A stretch of 64,000 nucleotides of DNA from an uncultured Acidobacteriota bacterium (lineage in GTDB: Bacteria > Acidobacteriota > Thermoanaerobaculia > UBA5066 > Gp7-AA6): NCBI GenBank assembly GCA_963736455.1, contig CAVTON010000001.1, forward strand, positions 778,270-842,269, written 5' to 3'. The number at the start of each line of letters is the position of its first letter. Position 1 is the stretch's first letter. This document shows positions 1 to 8,600 of this stretch, piece after piece. The notes below the pieces were generated by a model. The model saw nothing but the letters and a program-made list of their open reading frames with translations, did no database searches and had not been told where the DNA came from. The translations under genes and the position numbers were made by a program.

Positions 1-230
1 TCGCGGCGATCGAACGCCACGGCCTCGCCGTCGAGCAGCAGCGTCCGATCCCGCAGGCTCGCGACCGCATCGGCGATGGCGCGAAAGGAGTCGGTCCGGT
101 CCCTGGCGTTGCGAGAGAGAAGCCGGACCCGCGCACCCTCCTTGTACGCGAGGATCCGGTAGCCGTCGTACTTCTCCTCGAAGACCCATCCCGGCCGGTC
201 GAACGGCTCGCCGACGAGCGTCGCGAGCAT
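1..230 (-). CDS. ATP-dependent DNA ligase, N-terminal fragment (gene continues beyond window start)
   Basis: Reverse complement from ATG (228-230) reads MLATLVGEPFDRPGWVFEEKYDGYRILAYKEGARVRLLSRNARDRTDSF...; KYDGYR is the ligase adenylation motif I (KxDG). There is no stop in the window, so it is absent from the ORF track. Confidence 0.55.
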   Translation of the reverse strand, partial: MLATLVGEPFDRPGWVFEEKYDGYRILAYKEGARVRLLSRNARDRTDSFRAIADAVASLRDRTLLLDGEAVAFDRR

Positions 231-357
231 TGGCCGCGCGCGAAACGGGATCCGGTCGCTCACGCGGCTGTCTCGCCGCGGCCTCTTTTTCGACGCCCGG
301 CCCCCGCGACGCTCGGCCCGGCCGCGGACGCGGCGTTTTCTCGCCGCGAGGGTCGTC

Positions 358-377
358 TACAATGGAACGAATTCATG
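358..377 (+). promoter_or_regulatory. Candidate -10 element (TACAAT, 358-363) about 11 nt upstream of the ATG at 375; a short-leader or leaderless start for the glycosylation operon
   Basis: TACAAT hexamer in an otherwise GC-rich 145-nt divergent intergenic region between the partial ligase (start 230, minus) and the DUF2298 gene (375, plus). This is sequence-only inference. Confidence 0.25.
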
Positions 378-2546
378 CGGGACATTCTGGCATGGGCCCT
401 CGCGACCGAGCTGATGGGCCTCGCCGTCCTGCCGCTGCTGCGCTCCTTCTTCGGCAACCGCCGCGACGCGGCGCTCCTGTCGCGGCCGGTGGGTCTCGCC
501 ATCGTCGCCTACGTCGGCTGGCTCCTCTCGATTCTGACCACGTTCGGCTTCCGCCGATTCACGATGATCGCGGCCCTCGGAGCCATCGCGGCCGTCGCGC
601 TCGCCGTGCGCCGGCGATCGGACCTGGATTCCGTCGCCCGGGCGCCGTGGTGGGGCCACGAGGAGAAACTCGGCGCGATCGTCTTCTGGTCGGCTTCGGC
701 GGTGTTTCTCCTCATCCGGGCGGCGGGTCCCGCGATCCTCGGCGCGGAGAAGTTCATGGATCTCGCCTTTCTCAACTCGCTGTCGCGCTACTCCACGATG
801 CCGCCCGCCGACCCGTGGATGGCGGGAAAGACCATCAACTACTACTACTGGGGATACCTGCTCGCCGCCGCGCAGGCGAAGCTCGCCGGCGTCGCGCCGC
901 TCATCGCCTACAACCTCGCCATCGCGACCTTCGCCGGCTCCTCGTTCGCGGCCGCGACGTGCCTCGGCTTGCGCCTCTCGCGCGGGCGCCTCGCGGTCGG
1001 CCTCGCGGCGGGCGGCGGCGCGGTGTTCGCCGGGAACGTGGCGGGGGCCTACGACGCCTGGTCGGCGCCCTTCGCGACCGATTTCGACTACTGGCACGCC
1101 TCGCGGGTCATCGGCCCCGAGAATTTCAAGACGATCAACGAGTTTCCTTTCTTCACGTTCTTCCACGCGGACCTGCATCCTCACCTCCTCGCATTTCCGT
1201 TCTTCATCGCGGCCTTCGCGGTGGCCCATCGTTGGGTCGAAGACGAGAACGCCCGCGGGCTCCGTGCGTGGCCCGGCCTCCTTCTCGTCGCGCTCGTGGC
1301 CGGGACGGCCCGCGCGGCGAACTTCTGGAACCTGCCGGCGATGGCGATTCTGCTCGCGGTCGGAGGCGCCTTCACCGCGACGCGCGGCGCCCGTCTTCCC
1401 TCGGTCCGCCAGGCGATCCTCGGCGGCCTCGCCGGCTTCGGGGTCTTCGTCGCCTCGCTGCTGCTCTTCTATCCCTACACGTCCTCCTTCGCCCTCGCCC
1501 AGCGCGGGCTCGGCCGCGCCACGATGTCCTCCGACATCCTCGAGTTTCTCGGCGTGTGGGGGATTCTCGTCGCCGTCTGCGCGGTCGGCCTCTGGCCATG
1601 GCTCTCGGAGGACTCCGAGCCGGCCCGCCGCCGGCGCAACTTCGGCCTCGCGGCGGCCGCGGCGGTCTCGGTCTTCGGCGCCCTCGCCCTCGGCAAGCCC
1701 GCTCTGTCGATCGTTCTCTTCCTCGCGCTGCTCGCGGCAAGGGCGGCCTGGCGCTCCCTTCGCTCCGCCGACGACGACGGGCCCGGGGTGTACGCCGCGT
1801 TTCTCGTGCTCCTCGGCCTCGGGATGATCGGCGGCTGCGAGCTCGTCTACTTCAAGGACACGTACGGCGAGAACCTTCAGCGGATGAACACGCTCTTCAA
1901 GTTCTACCTCCAGGCCTGGCCGCTCCTCGCGATCGGCGGCGCCGTCTTCGCGGCGCGGGCGTGGGATGCGGTCGGACGACGGAGCCGCGTCTTTCGAGCG
2001 GCCCTCGGCCTCTGCGCGCTGCTCGCGGCGCTCTGGCCCATCAACGTCACGGTCTCGCGCCTGCGACAGAGGGATGCCCTGTTTTCTCTCGACGCGCACG
2101 GACCGCTCGTGCGCCGGAACAAGGGGGACGCGGCCGTGATCGACTGGCTGCTGGCCAACGCCAAAGTCGGATCGGTGGTGCTCGAGGCATCGGGCGACCC
2201 GTACTCCGAATACGCTCGGATCTCGTCGCATACCGGGATCCCGACGGTTCTCGGCTGGGGAAACCACGAGGGTCTCTGGCGCTCGACCGCGACGGCCGAA
2301 GATCCGGAGGTCGCCGAGCGCGCCGCCCGCGTCCGGCTCTTCTACACGACGCCGGACGCGCGTGCCGCGTGGGAGATCCTCCAGAAGTACGGCGTGACCT
2401 ACGTGGTCCTCGGCGACATGGAGCGGAAGACCTACGGGTCGAATCCGGCCACCGCGGCGTTCCCGTTCCTGTACCCGGTCTTCGCATCCAACGGCACGGT
2501 GATCTTCTCGGTCTCGCAGCCCCGGCCGGCCGCGCCGGCGCGATGA
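375..2546 (+). CDS. DUF2298 / 'Chlor_Arch_YYY' (TIGR03662-like) polytopic membrane protein
   Basis: 723-aa ORF with many hydrophobic helices and the signature TINYYYWGYLLAAAQAKLAG, NEFPFFTFFHADLHPHLLAFPF and a C-terminal periplasmic-type segment (VLEASGDPYSEYARISSHTGIPTVLGWGNHE). It is paralogous to the middle domain of the 5610-10526 gene. Confidence 0.75.
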   Translation: MRDILAWALATELMGLAVLPLLRSFFGNRRDAALLSRPVGLAIVAYVGWLLSILTTFGFRRFTMIAALGAIAAVALAVRRRSDLDSVARAPWWGHEEKLGAIVFWSASAVFLLIRAAGPAILGAEKFMDLAFLNSLSRYSTMPPADPWMAGKTINYYYWGYLLAAAQAKLAGVAPLIAYNLAIATFAGSSFAAATCLGLRLSRGRLAVGLAAGGGAVFAGNVAGAYDAWSAPFATDFDYWHASRVIGPENFKTINEFPFFTFFHADLHPHLLAFPFFIAAFAVAHRWVEDENARGLRAWPGLLLVALVAGTARAANFWNLPAMAILLAVGGAFTATRGARLPSVRQAILGGLAGFGVFVASLLLFYPYTSSFALAQRGLGRATMSSDILEFLGVWGILVAVCAVGLWPWLSEDSEPARRRRNFGLAAAAAVSVFGALALGKPALSIVLFLALLAARAAWRSLRSADDDGPGVYAAFLVLLGLGMIGGCELVYFKDTYGENLQRMNTLFKFYLQAWPLLAIGGAVFAARAWDAVGRRSRVFRAALGLCALLAALWPINVTVSRLRQRDALFSLDAHGPLVRRNKGDAAVIDWLLANAKVGSVVLEASGDPYSEYARISSHTGIPTVLGWGNHEGLWRSTATAEDPEVAERAARVRLFYTTPDARAAWEILQKYGVTYVVLGDMERKTYGSNPATAAFPFLYPVFASNGTVIFSVSQPRPAAPAR

Positions 2547-3691
2547 AGATCCTGATGGCGGTCGACTATTACCGACCGCACGTCTCGGGCCTCACGATCT
2601 ACGTCGAACAGCTGGCCGAGGGACTCGCCCGGCGCGGGCACGCGGTGCGCGTCCTCGCCCATCGCCACCAGCCGGATCTGCCGCTCGAATCGGACGAGAA
2701 CGGGGTCCGCGTCGTCCGCGCCCCCGTGGCCGCGCGAATCGGCAAGGCGCTCGTCTCTCCCGCGATCCTCGCCCGGGCGCTGCGGGAGATCCCGCGAGCG
2801 GACGTGCTTCACCTGCATGCGCCGCTCGTCAACGCCGTGCCGCTGGCGTTTCTCGGCGCGACGCTCCGGGTGCCGATCGTCGTGACCTTTCACTGCGACC
2901 TGCAGTCGCCCCACGGCATCGGCCAGCGCTTCGTCGAGGTTGTGGCGCGGACCTCCCAGAACTTCGCCCTCGACCGCGCCGCGCGCGTCATCACGTACAC
3001 GGAGGACTATGCCCGGCATACCCGGCCGCTCGACGACCGTCTCGAGAAGGTCGGCTGGATCCTTCCCCCGGTCGCCGACCCGCCCGTGACCGGCCGGAGC
3101 GCCGGGGAGGTCCGCGAGCGTCTCGGCGTGCGCGGATCTCCGGTCCTGCTCTTTCTCGGCCGCTTCACCGAGGAGAAGGGCCTCCCCGTGCTCGTCCAGG
3201 CGTTCGATGCCGTGCGACGACGATTTCCGAACGCGGCGCTGCTGCTCGCCGGCGCGAAGAACGTGCCGGGCGAGTCGGTCCTCGAGAGGATCGGTTCGCG
3301 GCTCGACGACCCCGGGTCGGGCGTGGTCGCACCGGGCATCGTGCCGCCCGGAGAGATCGCGGATCTCTTCACCATTTCGGACGTTCTCGTCCTGCCCTCG
3401 ATCAACGCGACCGAGTCCTTCGGGCTGGTCCAGGTCGAGGCCATGCTGCGCGGAGTCCCGTCCGTGGCCTCGGACCTGCCCGGCGTGCGCCAACCGGTCC
3501 AACTGACCGGAATGGGCGAGATCGCGCCGATCGGGGACGCCGCCGGCCTCGCCCGGCAGATTCTTCGGGTGCTGGAGACGCCGGCGCGCTATCGCCGCCC
3601 GCGCGAACAGATCCGGGCGCTCTTCGAGCCGGAACGCACGCTGCGGGAGTACGAGGTCGAGTACGCGACGGCCATGAAGGGGCAACGGTGA
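2543..3691 (+). CDS. Glycosyltransferase family 4 (GT4, GT-B fold)
   Basis: The in-frame ATG at 2543 overlaps the upstream stop (ATGA). MKILMAVDYYRPHVSGLTIYVEQLAEGLARRGHAV... has the GT4 N-terminal signature, and the C-terminal part has the EX7E-like region (INATESFGLVQVEAMLRGVP). The 230-2542 part of the 1153-aa ORF is an out-of-frame artefact. Confidence 0.8.
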   Translation: MKILMAVDYYRPHVSGLTIYVEQLAEGLARRGHAVRVLAHRHQPDLPLESDENGVRVVRAPVAARIGKALVSPAILARALREIPRADVLHLHAPLVNAVPLAFLGATLRVPIVVTFHCDLQSPHGIGQRFVEVVARTSQNFALDRAARVITYTEDYARHTRPLDDRLEKVGWILPPVADPPVTGRSAGEVRERLGVRGSPVLLFLGRFTEEKGLPVLVQAFDAVRRRFPNAALLLAGAKNVPGESVLERIGSRLDDPGSGVVAPGIVPPGEIADLFTISDVLVLPSINATESFGLVQVEAMLRGVPSVASDLPGVRQPVQLTGMGEIAPIGDAAGLARQILRVLETPARYRRPREQIRALFEPERTLREYEVEYATAMKGQR

Positions 3692-4503
3692 GGCCACCCG
3701 TTCCCGTCGAGCGGATCCTTCGCAGCCACCTGCGGGAAATGCCCCTTCACCGCGTCCTCATGCGCACCATCGAGGCGCAGATCCTGTCTCAGACCGATTT
3801 CGCGAGGCCGATCCTCGACGTGGGCTGCGGCGACGGGCACTTCGGTTCGGTTCTCTTTCCCGAAGGAGCCGACGTGGGCCTCGATCCGGGCCTCGCCGAC
3901 CTTGCGGAAGCGCGGGATCGGCGCGTCTATCGCTTCACGACGGCGGCCGACTCCGGCGCGATGCCCTTTGCCGACGGCGCATTCGGGTCCGTCGTCTCCA
4001 ACTGCGTCTTCGAACACATCCCCGAGATCGAGAAGACGATCGCCGAGATCGGCCGCGTTCTGAGGCCGGGGGGCACGTTCGCGACGACCCTCATCGGACA
4101 GCACTTCCGGGACTTCCTGACCGACGCGCGGGCCTGGCGCCGTCTCGGACTCTCGGCAGCGCATCGCGCCTACGTGGACTGGTTCAATCACAAGTCGGTT
4201 CACTTCCACTTCGACCCGCCCGAAATCTGGCGCGCGCGGTTCGAAGCGGCGGGCCTGGAGGTCGTGCGCTGGCGGTACTACATGTCGCCCGACGCCATGC
4301 ATGCCTTCCACCGATACCACTACACGAGCCTTCCCCATCTGGTCGCGCGCAAGCTGACGGGCCGGTGGGTGCCGCTGCCCGGGCTGATGGACAACGCGTT
4401 CTGGATCCAACGCCTGCGGCGCTGGGTCGACGAACCCGAGCCGGAGGCCGGAGCCTGCATCGCGTTCGTGTGTAGGAGAATGCCCCAATCTCCTGTAAAA
4501 TGA
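3688..4503 (+). CDS. Class I SAM-dependent methyltransferase (Methyltransf_11-like)
   Basis: The GTG start overlaps the GT4 stop (GTGA). ILDVGCGDGHF (motif I), FGSVVSNCVFEHIPE and LRPGGTF motifs are present. Confidence 0.8.
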   Translation: MRPPVPVERILRSHLREMPLHRVLMRTIEAQILSQTDFARPILDVGCGDGHFGSVLFPEGADVGLDPGLADLAEARDRRVYRFTTAADSGAMPFADGAFGSVVSNCVFEHIPEIEKTIAEIGRVLRPGGTFATTLIGQHFRDFLTDARAWRRLGLSAAHRAYVDWFNHKSVHFHFDPPEIWRARFEAAGLEVVRWRYYMSPDAMHAFHRYHYTSLPHLVARKLTGRWVPLPGLMDNAFWIQRLRRWVDEPEPEAGACIAFVCRRMPQSPVK

Positions 4504-4535
4504 TCGGCTTAGGCTAGTTTTTCGTTGACGAAAAC

Positions 4536-5603
4536 ATGCGATTTTTGATCACCGGCGGAGCCGGTTTCATCGGCTCGAACGCCGCCCGGCGACTCCGTGC
4601 CGAGAAGCACGACGTCGTCGTGCTGGATAGCTTCATGCGCCCCGCTTCCGTCTTCAACCGAGCGTGGCTCGAGGCCCTCGACCCGAAGATCCGGTTGATC
4701 GAAGGCGACGTCCGCGACTCCGCCGCCCTCGCCCGCGTGCTCGCCGAACCCTTCGACGCCGTGCTCCACCTGGCGGGCCAGGTCGCCGTGACGACGTCGA
4801 TCGTGGATCCGGTCACCGACTGGGAGATCAATGCCCTCGGAACGTTCCGCCTGCTCGAGGCCCTGCGCCGGCGATACGCCGACGCCCCGGAGAAGGCGCC
4901 CCTCCTCCTGTATGCCTCGACCAACAAGGTCTACGGCCACCTCTCGATGGGAGAGGTCGTTCGGGAGGGCCGCTGGGACTTCCGCAGCCTGCCCCAGGGC
5001 GTCTCCGAGACCGAGCCGCTCTCCTTCGAGTCGCCGTACGGCTGCTCGAAAGGCGCGGCCGACCAGTACGTCATCGATTACCACCGCAGCTTCGGCCTTC
5101 CGACGGTCGCCCTGAGGCAGTCGTGCATCTACGGTCCCCGCCAGTTCGGCGAGGAAGACCAGGGCTGGGTCGCCTGGTTCGCGCTGGCCGCGGCGTTCGG
5201 CCTCCCGATCACGTTCTACGGCGACGGCCTGCAGGTGCGGGACCTTCTCTGGGTGGACGATCTCGTCGCGCTGTATCTCGCCGCGGCGGCCGACCCGCAG
5301 AAGGTCGCCGGCCGCGCCTACAACGTCGGAGGCGGACCGGCCTTTCGCCTGTCGCTCAAGGAGCTGATGGTCCTCCTCGAGAAGAAGCTCGGCAAGCCGA
5401 TCCCGATCGGATCGGCGCCGGCGCGGCTCGGAGACCAGCCCGTTTTCTACTGCAACGTGGATCGCGCCGCGCAGGACCTCGGCTGGCGTCCCCGCGTTTC
5501 GCCGGACGAGGGCGTCGACCGGCTGCTTTCCTGGATCGGCGGGAGCCGGGAGGAGATCGGCCGCTTCCTGACCCGCAAGGGCCTGAAGATCGCGGCCCCC
5601 TAG
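4536..5603 (+). CDS. NAD-dependent epimerase/dehydratase (extended SDR) family sugar-nucleotide enzyme
   Basis: MRFLITGGAGFIGSN Rossmann motif and YGCSKGAADQY (the catalytic YxxxK); 355 aa. Confidence 0.85.
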   Translation: MRFLITGGAGFIGSNAARRLRAEKHDVVVLDSFMRPASVFNRAWLEALDPKIRLIEGDVRDSAALARVLAEPFDAVLHLAGQVAVTTSIVDPVTDWEINALGTFRLLEALRRRYADAPEKAPLLLYASTNKVYGHLSMGEVVREGRWDFRSLPQGVSETEPLSFESPYGCSKGAADQYVIDYHRSFGLPTVALRQSCIYGPRQFGEEDQGWVAWFALAAAFGLPITFYGDGLQVRDLLWVDDLVALYLAAAADPQKVAGRAYNVGGGPAFRLSLKELMVLLEKKLGKPIPIGSAPARLGDQPVFYCNVDRAAQDLGWRPRVSPDEGVDRLLSWIGGSREEIGRFLTRKGLKIAAP

Positions 5604-5609
5604 CCTCCC

Positions 5610-8600
5610 GTGCCCAACCGCATGTCCCGCGATCGCGCCCGCGCGATCCTCTTCCTCCTGCTGGCGGCGGGAGCGGTCCTGCGGTTCCAGGGCCTGAACT
5701 GGGACGACGGCCACCATCTGCATCCGGACGAGCGCTTCATCTCGATGGTCGAGGAGAAGCTCGCGTTCCCGAAGTCCGCCGCCGAGTACTTCGACGCGAA
5801 GCGTTCGACGCTCGACCCTTACAACCGCGGCGAAGGATCCTTCGTCTACGGCACGCTGCCGATCGTGGTCGCGAAGGTCATCGCCCCGCTCTTCGGCCGC
5901 CGCGGCTACGACGGCACCTACCTGATCGGCCGGGGTCTGTCCGCGCTATTCGACCTCTTCACGGTCTGGCTCGTTTACCGGATGGCGCGCCGATTCGCGC
6001 ATCGCCGCGCCTCGCTCGTCGCGGCCGCCCTCTCGGCTTTCTGCGTGCTCGGGATTCAGCTGTCCCACTTCTGGGCCGTGGACACCTTCCTCACGACGTT
6101 CACCGCGGCCGCGCTGCTCGGCTCGGTGCGCATCGCCCAGAGAAAGGCGGGCTGGGGCGGCTGGGCCTTGACGGGCGCCGCGATCGGCCTGGCCGTGGCG
6201 TGCAAGATCACCGCGCTCGCCCTGCTGCTGCCGCTCGGCGTCGCGGCGCTCGCCGGCGCCCTCCGGGAGAAGGACGGCTTCGGCGCGGGGTTTCTCCGGG
6301 CCGTTCCCCGCGTTCTCCTGGCGCTCGGCGCCGCCGCCGCGACCATCCGCGTCTTCCTTCCGCACATCTTTCTCGGCCCGAGCCCCCTTTCGTTCCGGCT
6401 CGATCCCCGCTGGATCGAGGACCTGCGGCGGCTGAAGGCGCTGACGAGCTCGGTCGCGGGCTTCCCTCCGGCCCTCCAGTGGGCGGGCCGAACGGTGCTC
6501 TTTCCGATCGAGAACCTCGTGCTCTGGGGAGCGGGCGTCTTCTTCGGCGTCACGGCGCTCGTCGCCCTCGCGTGGGCCTCCGCGGCCGTCTGGCGCCGCC
6601 GCGCCTGGGATCTCGCGCCGCTGTGCGCCTACGTCCTCTTCCTCTTCGCGTACCACGGGCTCACTCTCGTCAAGTCGATCCGCTATCTCTACCCCGCCTA
6701 CCCCGCGCTCGCGGTCCTCGCCGGCGTCTTGCTGTCGCGGTGGATCGAGAGCGCGCGCCGGCCGCGCCTGGCGCGCGCGACGGCCCTCGCCGTCGTCGGC
6801 GGGACCGCCCTGTGGGCGTTCGCCTTCACCGCGATCTACCGCCGTCCCCAGTCGCGCGTCACCGCCACGCGCTGGATCTACGCCCACGTCCCTCCGCGGG
6901 AGCGCATCGTCAACGAGTCGTGGGACGACGGTCTTCCCCTGCCCATGCCGGGTTACGACCCGGGCGTCTACTCGGGACCGCCGCAGCTTCCCCTTTTCGA
7001 CCCCGACTCGCGGGAGAAAGCGGAGATCCTCGTCCGCAGCCTCGCCGAGACCGACTGGGTCGCCGTCACGTCCAACCGCGTCTACGCCAACGTGACGCGG
7101 GTGCCCGATGTTTTCCCCATGTCGATCGCCTACTACCGCGCGCTCTTCGACGGCAGCCTCGGGTTCGATCGCGCCGCGGATTTCACGTCGTATCCCTCGC
7201 TCGGACCGCTCCGCTTCCCGGACGATCGGGCCGAGGAGCAGTTCACCGTCTACGACCACCCGCGGGTCCTGCTGTTCCACAAGACGGCGCGCTTCTCGAA
7301 GGAGGCCGCCCGCCGGCTCCTGCTTTCGGCGATCCCTCGGACGCCGCCCACGATGAACGAATGGGAGAAGTGGCCGCGGTCCCTGCGGCGCGTCAGCGCG
7401 CCCGTGCGCCCCGATCACCGGCCCGAGGCCGAGTCTTCGGCGCCTTCGGTCGAGCCGGGCGAGACGGCCGGAAGCTCGCTCTACGCCGCCGCCGCCTGGT
7501 ACCTCGCCCTCGCGCTCGTTGGCCTCCTCGCGTGGCCGATCGTCTGGACGCTCTTTCCCCGCCTCGGGGACCGGGGCTTCGGGCTCTCGCGCCTCCTCGG
7601 GCTCGTCTTCACGACGTACGCGATGACCGTCGCCGTCACGTTCCATGCGCTCGGCAACGGGCGCCGCGCGGCGCTCGGGTGCCTCGCCGTGCTCGCGATC
7701 GTTTCCGCGTGGATCGGGCTGCGCGAGCGCTACGATCTCGCGCGCTTTCTGCGCGAGAACCGGCGCGCGCTCCTTCAGAGCGAGATCGTCTTCGCCGTCG
7801 GATTCCTGCTCTTCCTGGGACTCCGCGCGCTGAACCCCGAAATCTACTGGGGCGAAAAGCCCATGGACTTCTCGATCCTGAACATCCTCGTGCGGACGCG
7901 GTCGCTTCCCGCTTCCGACCCGTGGCTCGCCGGCGCGCCCCTCGGCTATTACACGTTTGGCCAGGAGATGGTCGTCTTCCTGACGTTCCTGACGAACCTG
8001 TCCACGCGATTCACGTTCAACCTCGCGTTCGGATTCCTCGGGGGAACGATTCTCCAGGGCGCGTATTCGCTGGCCCGCAACTGGGGAGGGCGCCTCCGCG
8101 CCGGGATCGCGGGCGCCGGCCTGACCCTGCTTCTCGGAAACCTCTCGGGCCTGCGCGAGTGGCTCATCCACAAGCGCGCGCTCGACTGGGACTACTTCTG
8201 GGCGACCTCGCGGGTCGTCAAGGACACGATCAACGAGTACCCCTTCTGGAGCCTGAGCTTCGCCGATTTGCACGCCCACGTTCTGGCGATCCCGATCTTT
8301 CTCGCCTTCGCCACCGCGGCGCTCCACCTGGTGCGCCTGCACATGGCGCCGGCGACGGGAACGCGCCCGCGGCTCGTGGCGGCGGCGCTGCTCGGCTTTC
8401 TCGGGGCGGCGCAGGCCCTGACCAACGCCTGGGACGTGCCTCTGCTGGCAGGCCTGCTCGCGGTCACGGCCCTCGCCGCGGCGCTGGCGGCGCAGCGTTT
8501 CACCGTCGCCGGCGTCGGCCGGGCGCTCGGCGCGCTCGCGATCTCCGCGGCGTCCGGGTACCTGCTCGCCCGGCCGCTGTGGGTCCGGGCCGGCGGGGCG

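Noticed and set aside
357-2267. 636-aa minus-strand ORF
   Set aside because: Antisense to the DUF2298 gene. Arg/Glu-rich low-complexity translation typical of GC-rich antisense frames; no domain.
230-3691. 1153-aa plus-strand ORF
   Set aside because: Only the 3' 1149 nt (2543-3691) encode a recognisable GT4. The upstream part is an Arg/Gly-rich alternative frame overlapping the DUF2298 gene (375-2546), which has clear membrane-protein signatures.
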